Below are positions 1-13,758 of a stretch of DNA of 64,000 nucleotides, piece by piece (the first letter of the stretch is position 1; each line of letters begins with the position of its first letter). Under the pieces are notes generated by a model. The model saw nothing but the letters and a program-made list of their open reading frames with translations, ran no database searches and was not told the origin of the DNA. The stretch comes from Lama glama (taxonomy: Eukaryota): assembly GCA_028534125.1 (NCBI GenBank), contig CM052817.1:33296001-33360000 (forward strand), written 5' to 3'. Made by a program: the position numbers and the translations under genes.

Positions 1-830
1 GCAATCAGTTTAGAGTGTTTGGCTTTCAGATGACTGGCACTTGGGACTGATGTACTGGTGACCCCTGGTATGTGGTTCCTGGTGCCTTTATTCTGGAGAT
101 GTTACCTTATTGGGTAGAGGGTAGACCAGGAACCTCACAGATCTCCAACTTCAAGTTCAAAGAAGTTGGTATGTGCATCACCCCCTAGGGGCAGAAATGA
201 GGAGGGGACATGCCCAGCACCACTGCGGTACCCCCTGCCAGAACCCTGCAGCGACACAACACTGAAGAAAAAGCATCCCACGGGCCATCTGGTGTGCTGC
301 CACACATACTCAGCAGTCCCAGCTGCGAGGTTGTGGGTGGGTGGGCAGGACACAAACAGTGTTGATCCAAGTGCAGTCGAATCACCTAGGAGGACTGGCC
401 ACCCTGGGGAGGCAAGTTAGTGAGAGTCACCCAGCGCGGGGGTGTGAGTGCAGCTGCGGCAGGACTTGTCAAAGCTGCACTTCCAGTCTGTCTCCTGGGG
501 CAACTCAGAGAAAGTGGGAGAGAGGACTGCTAGGGCGGCTTCCCTTTGCCACGTGGACCACGCCACTTCAAGGGGCCGGCCTGAGCTGGAAGGACCAGCC
601 TGACCACCCTAGGCTGATGGCCAGCACTGATATCGACAAAGCCTCAAATTAAGACAGTACAAAAAGGGAACTTGGAGATCTGGGGCCTCTATTACCCAGA
701 CCGGTTAATAACACTGCTCCTAGTTCTTTAATCCCCATATGTGTTCATTGAACTGAGCTGAATGGATTTGAAAATAAAATGCAGGCTTCTTCTCAGACAT
801 CCTCATTCCCCACGGGGAGTGAGTTCCTGC

Positions 831-1156
831 TGTCTCACTTGGACTTTGGTCCCTTGGTTGCAGCCGAGGTCAACATTTCCAATGCAAGGTTAGTTGAGCC
901 ACCCAGGAGGGAGGACTCCAGGAAAGGTTCATGGGGATAACAATCCCACATTCTCGTAATTGGCCAAGGATAGTGGGAGGGGAAAGTATTCATTACTCTG
1001 CAATAATCTGAACTTCGACTAGAAGTGCAGCTTCCCCGCTGAACTTGGGAGGAGCTGGCTGCTCCTGGGACCAGAGTTACCAGGACCAGACATGGCGATG
1101 CTGTCTCCACATGCCCTGAGTGCATGTCCACCACTCCATCTTGCTGTGCCTTCACA
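831..1156 (-). mobile_element. Possible old ERVL-class solo LTR remnant (LTR16/LTR33-like)
   Basis: TG...CA bounded block with loose resemblance to reverse-complement ERVL LTR ends; highly diverged. Confidence 0.3.
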
Positions 1157-2291
1157 GCCACCAGGAAGTGCTCTTGTTTACTTCGGGCACCTTATCATGG
1201 ATTAGTGGCAGGACCCCAGGGGAATTCAACTCTAAGAAGGGCTGAAAAGAGAGGCAAGCATCCAGGTTCATTGTCGAAGTTGAGAAAGAACGTCTTCACC
1301 TGCTCATGATTTGGGAAAACCAAACAAACTTCCCTTTGCTAAGACTGTTAGTCAGAATCTGACCAAGAACCGTCTCCCCATTGATGGTGAGTGGTTTTCA
1401 TGATATGCTCTGTCTTCTATTCTTTGACTAAGGAGAACTGAAGGACAGGCTTCCTGGTAGTGATCCCTGTCTTTGAGGACCTGCCCTTTCTTGGATGGAA
1501 GCAAAAGTCCATTGGGAGGGAAAACACTTCCCCACCTAGAAAGTCGGCCCTTTTTGTGCTTATCACACCTGAGGGGACCAGCAACACGACTCCCTCTTGC
1601 TTTTGCCTTTTCCACTCCATCCTTTGTTGGGATACTCTGTGTGTGTGTCTGTGAGTCACTTTATGTTACTAATTATTAAGAATTTTCAACTATCTTGGGA
1701 AAAAATTGGAAGAAGTTAGGCTCTTAGACGTGGCCAGAGCACCTTATTAGACAGGATAAAAGACAAGTATATGGAGGGCTTGTAAAGAAAACAGTAATTC
1801 AGTCTTCTTCCGAGGACTGAATATACAAAAACTAAAATTAAATGGGATTTAAATTACACAGCGGTTAAAAAACTCATGAAGTTTGAAATGGGGATCTTTA
1901 ACAAAGGTTTACTGAAGTCACCAATGCTACCTTAAAGGAATTTTAATTCATCTAAATATCTACGCCTGTTACTGAGAGAGCGAGTCTTCGAAAAGTGCCA
2001 GCCAATCCTGATTGTGGGCACGAAACGACCGCGTTTGAGAAATAGTCTTTCTACCCACTTAGAAAACCCACCTCTGTATTTGTGAAAATTGTAAAGGTGT
2101 AAGAAGTCTCAGGTTCTCTGGGGTGACACACAGAAGCACCACAGGTCCCTGTTCCCATGGGCCCCCTTCTTGGTGAAGGGCAAGGCGAGGCTGTGTGGGG
2201 CCCTGGGAAGGTCATGGGCTCCAAAGTTAGCGGAACTGCGCCCCAGCGTTAGCTCTGTCATTTACTAGCTGGGCGAACTTGGGCGGGACTT

Positions 2292-2381
2292 TTTTCTTTT
2301 TTTAGCAGAGGTGCTGGGGATTGAACTTAGGACCTTGTACGTGCTAAGTGTGCACTGTACCACTGAGCTATAACCACCCGC
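2292..2381 (-). mobile_element. Vic-1-type camelid tRNA-derived SINE inserted into a MIR fragment
   Basis: Reverse complement reads ggttatagctcagtggtacagtgcacacttagcacgtacaaggtcctaagttcaatccccagcacc plus A-tail; TSD cttgggc(g/a)ggactt at 2278-2291 and 2382-2395. Confidence 0.9.
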
Positions 2382-3624
2382 CTTGGGCAGGACTTCTTAA
2401 CAACATGAAGCCTTTAAATGAGAAGAAACAATGCTGACCTTCCTCCTTCATGCAACTGCACGGGTACCTGGCAATTTCCACCTTGTGCTTGAATCCTTTG
2501 TCTTGAACTTTGCTTCTCTATTGGTTATGATTCCTCAAAACATAGACTCTTTTTATCCTTGACAATGACTAGCACATTAACAGTGTGTAATAAATTTTTT
2601 GAATAAGTGAATACTGAATGTCTAGATTGTAGTATTACTGTGAAAATTCTATGTAATAAAGCTAGTTCCCTTCCCAAAGCCTACAGGCCTAGACTCCTGG
2701 GAAAAGGAAGGGGTACTTCTAAGATGTAACCTAATGATGGGAATTCCTTCCATCCCTCATTCCTCTCCTTGTCTTATAGTCATCTTTAGTTCTTTTAACT
2801 CATGTTTCCGGAAGGCTATGTTCCTCCCAGGCACAGGGCTAAGTCCTGAAGGTCTATGAAAGTCATGTCTAGGGAACAGACCGTCTTTAAAAAATTACCA
2901 TCACTACAGTGACTGCTGTAGTAGAGCATACGCAGAGCCCAGCGCCAGCCAGTGTTTGCCTGGGGAATTCAGGGGAGGTTCTGTAAAGCAGGTACCATTT
3001 GAGCTGAGCCCGAAAGACGGAGCAGGAGTTTCCCAGGCTGAGAGCGGAGAAATAGCTGAGTCTCAGGTCTGCCTGTAACCAGCTGAGCATGTTGGACAAG
3101 TTGCTCGACCACTGGGAGACTCAGGTTCTTCATCTGCTGAGTAGAGTTAGCTGGTGGAGTTTCTGCCAGGATCCTGTAAGAGAACATATAAGAGTGCAAA
3201 CCATCAATCCGGCGATGGTAAACGGCCACAAACTGTCAGGATGGTGCCACACGGGCAAGAGCCCAGCAGCGAGAGACCCTGGTTGTTATGGGAACCACAC
3301 TCAGGTTGGGGAGGGATACCCAGGGGGGACTCCAGTAGACAGTGCCTCTCCCACCTAAGTTTGGGATAATTGGAGAAAAATTCAAAAAAGTAATTATGAA
3401 GGTCAAAAGATCACCTTGTAAATGGTAATGGCTAAACTGGAGAACAAGGACTGGAATGAGGAAAACAGCTTGAAGGCACCCAGCCCGGGCAGATCTGGAC
3501 TTGGCGGCGTCTCAGACAGACCCTGCCCGGGGGAAGACCCAGCACATGGAGCAGCAGAGGAGAACTCACCCCCAAGATGGAAAGATGAGGGGCGAAGGCG
3601 AGCTTACCTGATGTTCCTTCCTAC

Positions 3625-4160
3625 TGTTACCCCAGAAGGTAAAGACCCCGGTTCTTTTCATACCCGAAAGATAAGTTTACAGTCCAGAGATGGTGCATTG
3701 TGTAGTAAAAGATTTTAAAAGGTTTATGTAAGAAAGGAAAAGTACACCTCCAAGAACGAAAGGCGGGCTGCTCCAAGGGAGGAACAGTGGCCGTCTTGGT
3801 CTCCCCTCACTCCTGCACCCTCACTCAGAGGTGGTCTCTTGATTGGTGACGGCTCTTGTCCCTGGAGTGCTTAGTCGTGTTTGGCCCCTTTGCGCATGTC
3901 TTTACCCATGGTGCACACAGAAAAACCCCTGGCGTTGGGGAGCTAAACTGCAATGTTAATTATAATACAGTAAGCATTGGGTTGTGTCCAGTTAAGTCCT
4001 TCCTGCTACCGCACAGTTGTGGCTATCAGGTTCTAATGGGTTTCTTGCTGACACTCATTTAGAGGAAGTCCCTTTATGCTGGATGTGGGCATAACATCTT
4101 CTGGACCATCCTCCTTCTCCTCCACCTCTCTGCCCAGTGCCCCCACTTACCTACCTAACA
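3625..4160 (-). mobile_element. ERV1-class solo LTR
   Basis: tgttac...ctacctaaca termini; aaagtacacctccaag...ggcgggctgctc motif typical of ERV1 LTRs; no clear TSD. Confidence 0.7.
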
Positions 4161-6149
4161 CCATCTTTGCAGTGAGGGACTCTCAGGGGCAGAGTGACTG
4201 AAGGATGCTGCATGGTCAGAGTTTGCTTTGGAAACCACTTTCCGTTGAAAATGAGGTGGAGGGCAGTCCTTTCTAACACAGTGTTATGAGGACATGGGGG
4301 CTGGGGAGTGGTTGGTATTCTGTGGATGAAAAGGATATGGAGATGTTGATGAGGTTTGATAGGCAGGTAGGCGCCAGGTCATGAAAAGCCTTGTGCACCA
4401 GGCAGGGCAAATGAACTGAAGGTGGGATGGCTGCAGAGAGCAAAGGAAGAGGTGCAGACCAGGACTGCCGAGGAGACTAACAAGTGCAGCTGGCATTGCC
4501 TGGCATATGTACACAGTGGCACCAAGCCTTGTGCTTAGAGGAAGAGAGAAGGCTGGCACCCTGGTTCTTCCAGGCCACTAGAAAGTTGAGGACGCTGGCA
4601 AGGAAGTGGAATCTGGGCCAGATAGGCTTGAAGCGAACACAGTAGGGAACAAATATTCTTGGGCAGCCTCCAATAGTCAAGAACCAGGGGTCACAATTAA
4701 TTCAGAGAAGGCAAAGTTTGAGTAGAGTGAAAAATCTGAATGGTTAAGACAATACAGGTGACGGTAGTATTTTCAGATTTTTTTTTGAAATGGAAGATTT
4801 TTAGATGTTAAGAAGTTCCAGGGGTTGGCCCTGAGAATGGTTAACTCAAGAGGAGTAGAGGCAAAAGTCCTCACAGTTAAGAAGGTCAAAGATACTGGAG
4901 GGGTCATCTACAAAGTCATGGAAGCCCCCAGGTTGAGGCCAAAGTTCAGAAGGAGAGGAGACATTTTACACCTTTGGTATATGGTTTCGGGGCAATTATA
5001 GTAGCTGTACATGATGGAACGAGGAAAGAAACAGAGATATGACAACCTTCAAAATAGTAACAACCATCACCAAAAAATCAAATAACCAACCTGGTTTATG
5101 CAAGGATGGAGTCAGATATTTACAGTTGTGAAACACGGGCCTTGTTTGACAATTATAAAGACAGTAACAATGAGGTCTTTTTTTTCTTTTTTTCCTACTA
5201 AAGAAGAGTGTGCTGGCCACAGATCTGTGTAGGAAACCTTCACAAAATGCATGCCATCTTTAATGACTCCCAGAAGCACGTAACCCAGAGAAGTGTCTGC
5301 TCTCTAACTGTAGATCCATAGAATATCCTAGAAGCTCATCTGCAAACCAGACAACACAAAGGCTGTGAGTTTGTCAGGGAGATGCAATCTCTTCCACATA
5401 CACAGAACCAGATGTCCTCTGTCTCAAATGCTGATATTTGTGGTTATTTCTGTTATTTACCATAATTGCCCTTCTGGGTTCTGCTTACTAGCACCATGCT
5501 AAGCACTCGTAATTAGCCAGTGAAAGATTTGTAACTAAGCTAATTAAAGGGGGAAAAAAATAACTGTGGCCAACCTGATGGAATGTGTACAGCAATTCCA
5601 TCTCACAATGCTAAATACTTTCCGCTAAAGAGATGCCTTTTATTAAAATCAGATGGAATATGTTCACTTTTGTTGTGGCATTCGGTCATATGAGACAACT
5701 CTACCAATATGCTACAAAAAAAAGGGGAAGCAAACAGGGGCAAAGTAATTCCGACGAGTCTCGGGGTACTTACAGTCTTAGCAATGATTCATTGCCAAGA
5801 AGAATCCTTGAGAATGCCAACCTTTATTGTGGTGATCTAGAAGGAAAGAGCTTTGAAAACAGACCTCCTTTTCCCCTCTAGATTTTCCTGTCAAGATGCA
5901 TAAAAGAATTCAGACGAATCAAAAAGTCCAAGTGAGCTGGCTGGGTAACTAGGACAGGCCCAGCCTTGAGTTCAGAGAGCTTTCTCTAATGCGTTCCACC
6001 CGTCTCTCCAAAGAACAAAGTTTACAGGATACGTTGACTGCAAAGGAAGCTTGCAGTCATATGGTAGCTGAAATGGCATATCATGGAAGTTTAACTCAAC
6101 ACTGAAAATATTGTCACTCTTAATAAATTACCCATGCCCAGGATACTGG

Positions 6150-6240
6150 ATTTCTTTCTCTTTCTCCTTCCTCCCCTCTTTCTTTCTTCCTTCCCTCCTT
6201 TCCCTTCCTTCCTTCCTTCCATCTCTCCCTCCTTCTTGTT
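6150..6240. repeat. CT-rich low-complexity / (TTCC)n tract
   Basis: Direct reading. Confidence 0.85.
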
Positions 6241-6655
6241 TACTCATAAGAAGAGAAGTAGCCAGCAGTGATGGGAAGACCATTACTCATCCAAACTTAG
6301 TATAGGATGAGTCCTCTTCAGTCCAGCGGGGTGAACATTTCATTGCTGTGTCTTCCCCCTCCTCCCCCACTACACACCTTCCTCCCCAGCTCACACAGGC
6401 TGTGATCATCCCTGCCTCCATCTGCTTGTCCTGCCTGCATATGATTGTCTTTATCAACTATATCTCCAAATCCTTCAAGGTCCCATTCATGTTCCATTCT
6501 CCATGAAATCTTGCCTAATGACACCAGCCAACAGCAATCTTTTCCTTTCCTGATTATCCCTCCCACTTACTTTCAGACCAGGAATAGAAATTGCTGCTGT
6601 GCTTGAACTTGTGTCTTGAAGATTCCAAGGTTATGTCTGAGCTCCAGGGCACCAC

Positions 6656-7155
6656 NNNNNNNNNNNNNNNNNNNNNNNNNNNNNNNNNNNNNNNNNNNNN
6701 NNNNNNNNNNNNNNNNNNNNNNNNNNNNNNNNNNNNNNNNNNNNNNNNNNNNNNNNNNNNNNNNNNNNNNNNNNNNNNNNNNNNNNNNNNNNNNNNNNNN
6801 NNNNNNNNNNNNNNNNNNNNNNNNNNNNNNNNNNNNNNNNNNNNNNNNNNNNNNNNNNNNNNNNNNNNNNNNNNNNNNNNNNNNNNNNNNNNNNNNNNNN
6901 NNNNNNNNNNNNNNNNNNNNNNNNNNNNNNNNNNNNNNNNNNNNNNNNNNNNNNNNNNNNNNNNNNNNNNNNNNNNNNNNNNNNNNNNNNNNNNNNNNNN
7001 NNNNNNNNNNNNNNNNNNNNNNNNNNNNNNNNNNNNNNNNNNNNNNNNNNNNNNNNNNNNNNNNNNNNNNNNNNNNNNNNNNNNNNNNNNNNNNNNNNNN
7101 NNNNNNNNNNNNNNNNNNNNNNNNNNNNNNNNNNNNNNNNNNNNNNNNNNNNNNN
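6656..7155. other. Assembly gap (500 N)
   Basis: Run of N. Confidence 1.
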
Positions 7156-7344
7156 TCTCTTTTTCTTTAGTTAGTCTGAATTGAGGTTATGTCACAGAAC
7201 TTACTACAAAGTTTAAAAGAATCTAATTTAAAACAATATAAACTTCCATTTAGATAGGTGTTCTCCTTCCTCGAGTATCTCATATTAAAGAACATATGTG
7301 ATTAGAATCGAATGAGTCCATTCAATGTTAATATATTGCAATTA

Positions 7345-7562
7345 CAACTGACCCTTGAATAACACAGGTTTGAATAGCATGAATCCATTCCTACATAATT
7401 TTTTTCAATAGTGAACACAGTGCTACATGATCGGACGTTGGTTGAATCTGTGGACGTGAACTGTATAGATGGAGGAACCATGGATACCAAGAGCTGACTA
7501 TAAGTTATATGTGGATCTTCAACTTCGGTGCCCCAACCGCCACATCATTCCAGGGTCAACTG
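7345..7562 (+). mobile_element. Tigger2-derived MITE (MER8-like, TcMar-Tigger)
   Basis: TIRs caactgacccttgaa...ttccagggtcaactg; TA duplication at 7343-7344 and 7563-7564. Confidence 0.85.
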
Positions 7563-8099
7563 TATTTCAATATTATTATTAAGAAAAGTAGAACCCATAT
7601 CTTGGTGTAAGTTATATATGATTTAATGTGAAGAATGTCTCCTGGGAAGTAGGGGCATGATTTGATCAATATTCTATCCAACACAAAAACCAGCTGCCTT
7701 ACATCTTTTACTGCTTTTCCCAACATAGGATGTTTTAGGGTATCATGAATTTGGGAGGGTTGCAATGCCGTGGACATTTTCCTTGTCCTTTCTCATTAGT
7801 GCATGGTAGGTGCAGTGTAGGAGCAGATTTTAGGTTTCGTTGTCAAAGGTGTACTCTCTGTTCAGAACATTAAAGAACAACCAAGAGATGGAAAAGGACA
7901 AAGCAGTAGTCTTAATCTTGGCTCTCCCAGGGTGTAGTCCAGTACTCTCACTATCAGGGCATCGTGTCCGTTTAATTCAGGTTTACAGTTCTCACATCTG
8001 CTTTGCATGCACATGCATGTATATGAAAGTACTGCTTGTGCTAACCGCGATGGGGAAGATATCTAGGGCTGTAAATATTTACTAAGTGTACATAAAACA

Positions 8100-8250
8100 G
8101 CAGTGTGGGCTGATACGGCCAATGAAGGGGAATGAGAGCCTGGGCGCCTCTTCTGGGTCCATTGCTAATTCCTGTGTGACTCTGGGCAGGTCAGTTAAAA
8201 TCTCTGTGTTCTTGCACTACATTTAAGAAAAGGAGATGCTAATCATTATT
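8100..8250 (+). mobile_element. MIR fragment
   Basis: Core motif ctgtgtgactctgggcaggtcagttaaaatctctgtg. Confidence 0.6.
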
Positions 8251-9889
8251 GGCCAGCTCTTCAAAAGTAATAACTTCCAAGGACAATACCTGCTATCGAG
8301 GATGGAAATCAAAGAGGAACGTCATGGAGACCGCGCATCTACTACTTTTTCTCTCTCCTTTTATTTAAGGGAGGAGGAATGATGGGGTGAAAGGGATGTC
8401 TCCATGCCAGGCTTGAAGGAAAACAAAACACTGTCTCAGAAAAATTAGCAAGTAACTGCTTATGCACGTCACTGTGGTAAGAAGACAACAATGTGGATAA
8501 AGTAGCCAGGTTTGTACTTCCCCTTGGAGAAGGTGGTAGGAAAGTGGATGGCAGAGCTATTGTAACCACATCTTGGGGACATTGTTTGGCCCTTTGTTGC
8601 CCCTTAGAACAGAATAAGCAGGGCTTTGAGGCAGGATCTGGGTGTTAAGGTGATTCTGTTCCTTGCTCTTGTGATCTTACACAAATCATTTCACCTTCGA
8701 GGGCCAGGCTTTGAAACTAGGAACATGAAAATGGTAATGCTCATATTTCGTTGTGTTGAAACAGTCACACACAGGCACCTAACAAAATGGCACTTTGGAA
8801 AAAGTACTTTGGCAACAAGACAGCAGACAAAGCGACCTCCATATTTTACTCTGAGGGAGAAAACCCTCGGCAGACATTAAGCCCTACGCACACAGTTAGC
8901 TCATCCCACCATATGTCCATATTTAGATTCCAGAGAAATGTCTTGGGATTTTTATTTTTCCTTTATACCAAGGAACAAACAAACATGTACAAGGACACAT
9001 GGCCAAAGGCTGTAGTTTAAAACATCTGTTTGGATTGAAGGTGTGGTCAGCTTTCTCTGGTACATGGGATCTAAGTAACAACCCTTCCCCCCAAAAAGAG
9101 CAATTGAGGTGATGACCTACATGGAAGAATCTGGGGTTGTATTAATCACTTAGGACTGAATTACTATCTCAATTGTTTCACATTCCTTTACTACTGAGAC
9201 AACAGACCATACGCAAACACAGTTTTATGAGAGGAAATCCAACTTCCACTGGCAAAGAGTCTCATAATGCAAATAAGAGAATCCCAACAATCAGGTCCCA
9301 TGCAGCCTCACAGTTGCAACATCATAGGCATGGAGAAAGGACTGCTCTGGCCCCCAAGGAGCTTGCATTTTGCTTTTCCCAAAGCAGTAGTTCTCCAACT
9401 CTTTTTGGAATCTCTTTCCAATGACATAAACATTTCATGATCCACTAAATGAATCTGCTTGTACCAAAAATTGCATGAAAAACATAGAATCAAAGGGGAT
9501 CACGGTACAAGTTTTATGAAATTTCCTAAGGAACTTGAAAAATAAAAGATGGATCTATTCCAGGAGCAAGGAAATACTCCCAATCATGATAACAATTCCT
9601 TAATTTGCAAATGCTTTGCACTGTACACATCCTTTCAGACTGTTTACTTGCTCCCAATGACACTGAGGAGCTGTAGCATTGCCCAATCCTCAAGATATCA
9701 TGAGGTAGGTAGTATTATTCCTGTATTTCATCACCTCTAAGATGCCAAAGGGTAGAATATATATCACCTGGAGAGAAAACAGAATGCTGCCAATTAAACC
9801 ACGACACGCCATCAATTGTAAAACAAAAACAAAACAAAAATAAAAAGACCATACAGTTTCAGATATGTTAAGATGTGAAAGAATGAGTG

Positions 9890-10030
9890 TCTTAGAATGG
9901 ATGAACTCTGGACTTCCCCTTTTACAGGTGAGGAAATGTATGCCTTGTTCAAGGTCGGGCTGCTGATAGAGACTGAGACCTGAAGCATCACTCAAACTCA
10001 GACCTCCTGACTTCAAACCAAGTGGACTCC
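9890..10030 (-). mobile_element. MIR fragment
   Basis: ccccttttacaggtgaggaaat...caaggtc...ctcctgacttc, reverse MIR core. Confidence 0.6.
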
Positions 10031-10251
10031 ACTCAAACAGACCTACACTTTTAAAGATGATCTTGGAAGGAAGACATAAGGCTCCACTAGGTTCTCCTGA
10101 AACCACCACTTTAGCAGGAAATGATTCATCATGATAGGAGGGAGACACCATGGTAGCATTTTTAGCAACAACAAATTATTTTTAAGGGACATATATGAAA
10201 GGCCACTCAACTCCTGTCTTCACAATATACTGCATTAATACAACATAAGTA

Positions 10252-10833
10252 CAGTCAGTCCTCATTATTCATGGATCCCATATTTGCAAATTTACTTACT
10301 CACTAAAGTTTATTTATAAGCCCAAATTTAGACTCGTGGCACTGTCATAATCATTTGCAGAACAGTGAAAAATTTGAGTTGCCTGATGCACATGTTCCCA
10401 GCTGAGGTCACACAAGGCAAATGCCTTCTTGCTTCAGTTCTCACACTGTGAACAAAAGTGTCCTTTTCATAGCATACTCAGTGCCACTTTTTTTTTTGCA
10501 TTTTTGTGCTTGTTGCTAGTGATTTTACCATTTAAAATAGCCCCCAGATATAATTCTCATGTGTTCCTACGTGCAAGAAGCCTGTGATGGGCCTTCCAGA
10601 GAAAATAGGTGTGTTAGATGAGCTTTATTCAGACACAACTTACAGCACTGCTGGCAGTGAGTTCAATGTTAATGAATAAATGATACATGTTAAATAAGGT
10701 GTCTTTATACAGAAACAGATAAAACAAGATTATGTTAGATAAATTAATGAAACTGCTATAACCAGAGGCACATAGGAACCTAATTCTGTATTTCCCCTAG
10801 GAGCACTACTTATTTATTAGTGAGAATGGGCTG
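10252..10833 (+). mobile_element. MER82 (TcMar-Tigger) DNA transposon, near full length
   Basis: TA then cagtcagtcctcattattc start; gttcccagctgaggtc, gagttcaatgttaatgaa, ctgtatttcccctaggagca; colinear with the copy at 36169. Confidence 0.85.
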
Positions 10834-12469
10834 TTTTTGGATATTAAAGTATCAAAAGGACTCTTTCTTCTGTTGCTAACTTACCAGCCATTTCATTTAT
10901 ATCTCATGATTACAAACTCAGTGGAGAAGTCAAGTCAGAGGAATAATAATAATTATATTTATGTATACACACATATACATACACATACATGCATTTATTA
11001 AGTAGATAAAAATGTATGTCCAAGGACAAAATCTGGAAGGAAACACAGAACAATAGTTTGACAGCAGTGGTGAGAATATAGGTTTTTAACACTCTTTTGT
11101 TGGCACTCCTTTGGATATTTAAATATTAAAAAAAAAACCAAGTGAGATGGTTAGGAAAGGGAGGAAGCAGCCCCTGACAGAGGGTGGTGACAGTGGCTAA
11201 GCAGCTCAGAGAGCCCACCAGGAAGTGGCCCTCCTGCAGAAATGTCCTTTTCCTAGAAAGTCTCCTTGTCTGTGGACAAGCTGGCTTGATTATAGAGGAA
11301 GCACAGAGCTCTATATAAGCTTCTTGACCTTACTAGCCATCTCTTTAAAAAATCAATAAAAGAAACATTGGGACGGAGAAGGAGAGGAGTGGAGAAAATG
11401 AGTCTGTGGTCTTAGTGTTTTTCTGTTGAGGATAGATCATTGGCAAGCATATCAAACACAGACATTTGCTAATAATAAGGGGCACAAGTGATTTGTTTTA
11501 AGCCTTGATGCAGTACTGATGATCAACAGCCACCAGTTACAGAGGGATCACTCTGCATCCGTAACCCTGAAAAACACATCAGTTTAGGGGGAACTGTTGT
11601 CAACAGTGGAAACAAACAACGAGACTGTGCCATTTACAGAAATACCGCGCCTCACTGGTTTGTAAAAGAAAACTCCCCAGGACAACTTCACTGAGGAAAT
11701 GGAGGGCCTTGGAAGGCGGTTCGTTTCCTCGTGGCCAGTGACTGATTTTCCACAAAATGTGCACTGGTTAATTCTCACAAGAGTATTTAAAATGAAGGGA
11801 GGGTTTCAGGTTCGACTCACATGAGCTGCTTTTATTTGGACAGTCTTTGTTTCCTCCAGTCTGGTCGGCAGTCCTTCCGGGACCTTCCTCAATCCCTGGC
11901 GGGGGCTGAAGCCCAGCCCTTGTTCAGGATGAAAAGGTACTGGAAGGCCGGCTGCTCTAATTGGAGCTTGCACCTGCAGACCCCAGCCTCGGAGGCGTCT
12001 CAGCTCTGCTGCTGCTGCTGCATGTGTGTGTGTGCTTTTGATTTCCTCAATGAACACTGGGACATTGCACAGTTTTTTGGCCTGAATATGCTGGAGGGGA
12101 TCCAAGCTGCTCAGCCACTTTCTCCGCTCTGGTGGGGAGGCACCCTCTTGTCTCTCCTCTCTAAGAAGGAGGGGTTTTTTAGCCATGCAAATTTTGAGCT
12201 AATCTCTTCTGGCCTCATGAGGACTCACCCAGATAAAAGGTGCCCTTCAGGCAGTATGAGAGGGTGTCACGGCAGGGCTTTCGCCCACTCAGAAGTGTGA
12301 GTTTCTCACCCTTGACTCCAGTAACACTAACCAGACAGTGCTCAAGACCGATGGCTACAGCCTCTGCGCTGAGCCCGAGGAGAGGGATGTGGAAAAATCA
12401 CCCAAGGGGATTTAATTAATGACTGCGCCTCTGTCCCCCTCACAGCAGCGTAGCTCCCGAGTTCCATCT

Positions 12470-13335
12470 CAATGCACATATTTAACATGTACAATCTGAT
12501 TTTGGCATCCAGATATACCCATGAAGCCATCACCACAATCAAACTAATAAACATGTCTATCACCCCCTAAAGTTTCCTTATATTCCTTTGTAATCCCTCC
12601 TCTGGCTCCTCCCTCCACCACCACATCCCCAGGCAACCATCAATCTGCTTTCTATAACTACAGATTATTTGTGTTTTCTAGAATCTAGAATTAACCAATG
12701 CACATTTATTTTAAAGAATAAATGAAATCAGACAGTATTATTTTGGGGGGGGGGTCTGGCTTTTTCCACTCAGCATAATACTTTTGCGATTCATTCATAT
12801 TGTGTATATCAATAGTTCATTCCTTTTGACTGCTGAGTAGTATTCCATTGTATGGGCGTACCATGGTCTACCCCGTTGGTGGGCATTTGGGTTGTTTCCA
12901 GTTTGGAGTGATGACTAATAAAGCTGTTATAAATATATGTGTACAAGTCTTTGTATGGTTATAAGCTTTCATTTCTCAATAAATGCTGAGGTGTGCAATG
13001 GATGGATCACATGGAAGGTATATGCTCAACTTTTTAGGAAACTGCCCACCTAAGGGGTTGAACCATTTTTTCCCACCAGCAATTCCAGTTCCTACTTATA
13101 TTTTCCAATATTTGGTATGGTTATTTTTTTTTAGGTTTATTCTAATAGGTATGTAATGGTGTCTGGTTTGAATTTGCTTTTCCCTAAAGACTACTGATGT
13201 TGAGCATCTTTTCCATGTGTTTATTTGTTACCTGTATATCTTCTTTTGGCAAAGTGACTCTAAATCTTTTGATCATTTCTTAAATTGGCTTGTCTATTTT
13301 CTCATGATTTGAGGGGGTCATTATACATTCTCCCA
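12470..13335 (-). mobile_element. Ancient L1 (L1MB-like) 3' end and ORF2 tail
   Basis: gttcattccttttgactgctgagtagtattccattgtatg, ttgggttgtttccagtttgg, gatgttgagcatcttttccatgtg. Confidence 0.85.
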
Positions 13336-13508
13336 GGGATATTTTTTATTTACAGAATTATCCTGAAATGTAAGACATTGTATAGACAGTTTTCATGGAA
13401 TTTTTAGCACTAATCAGAGCACATGGGGAACAATTTGGGGGCCCAGGGTTTCTAGCCCCTGGAGGTCACACTCCCTATGTGCCTTGCTCTGCCTTATAAT
13501 GATGAAAG

Positions 13509-13758
13509 CAGGCCATGCCAGAAGTCAAGTTGGGCCTGGGCTTTTTGAGGCTTTTGGAATATTAAAAATAAAAGAAATTGCAAAATAGACATACGAAAAA
13601 CATGGTACATTTTAAATGTATATATTGAACAAATTAGTGCTTTGGACCGTATGCAAACACTCAGCATGTATATAACATCGGAGATGATGTCAAAATTTTA
13701 AATTGGGGGCCCAGTGTGGGGCCTGACACAAAGGGCTCTCCTGGCCCGCTGGCCAGCT
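13509..13758. mobile_element. Possible hAT-Tip100-type MITE
   Basis: GC-rich imperfect TIRs (caggccatgccag / ctggccagct) around an AT-rich core; tgaaag repeated on both flanks. Confidence 0.35.

Noticed and set aside
178..194. CTCF-like motifs here and near 55590
   Set aside because: Each has mismatches at core positions; matches of this quality are expected by chance in 64 kb.
6591..7184. Long ORFs of 184-309 aa at 6.6k, 29k and 61.7k
   Set aside because: Artefacts of translating through 500-N gaps.
11806..12300. Overlapping 126-aa and 159-aa ORFs with poly-Ala/poly-Cys
   Set aside because: The homopolymers come from a short (CTG)n/(TG)n repeat; no recognisable homology or exon structure.
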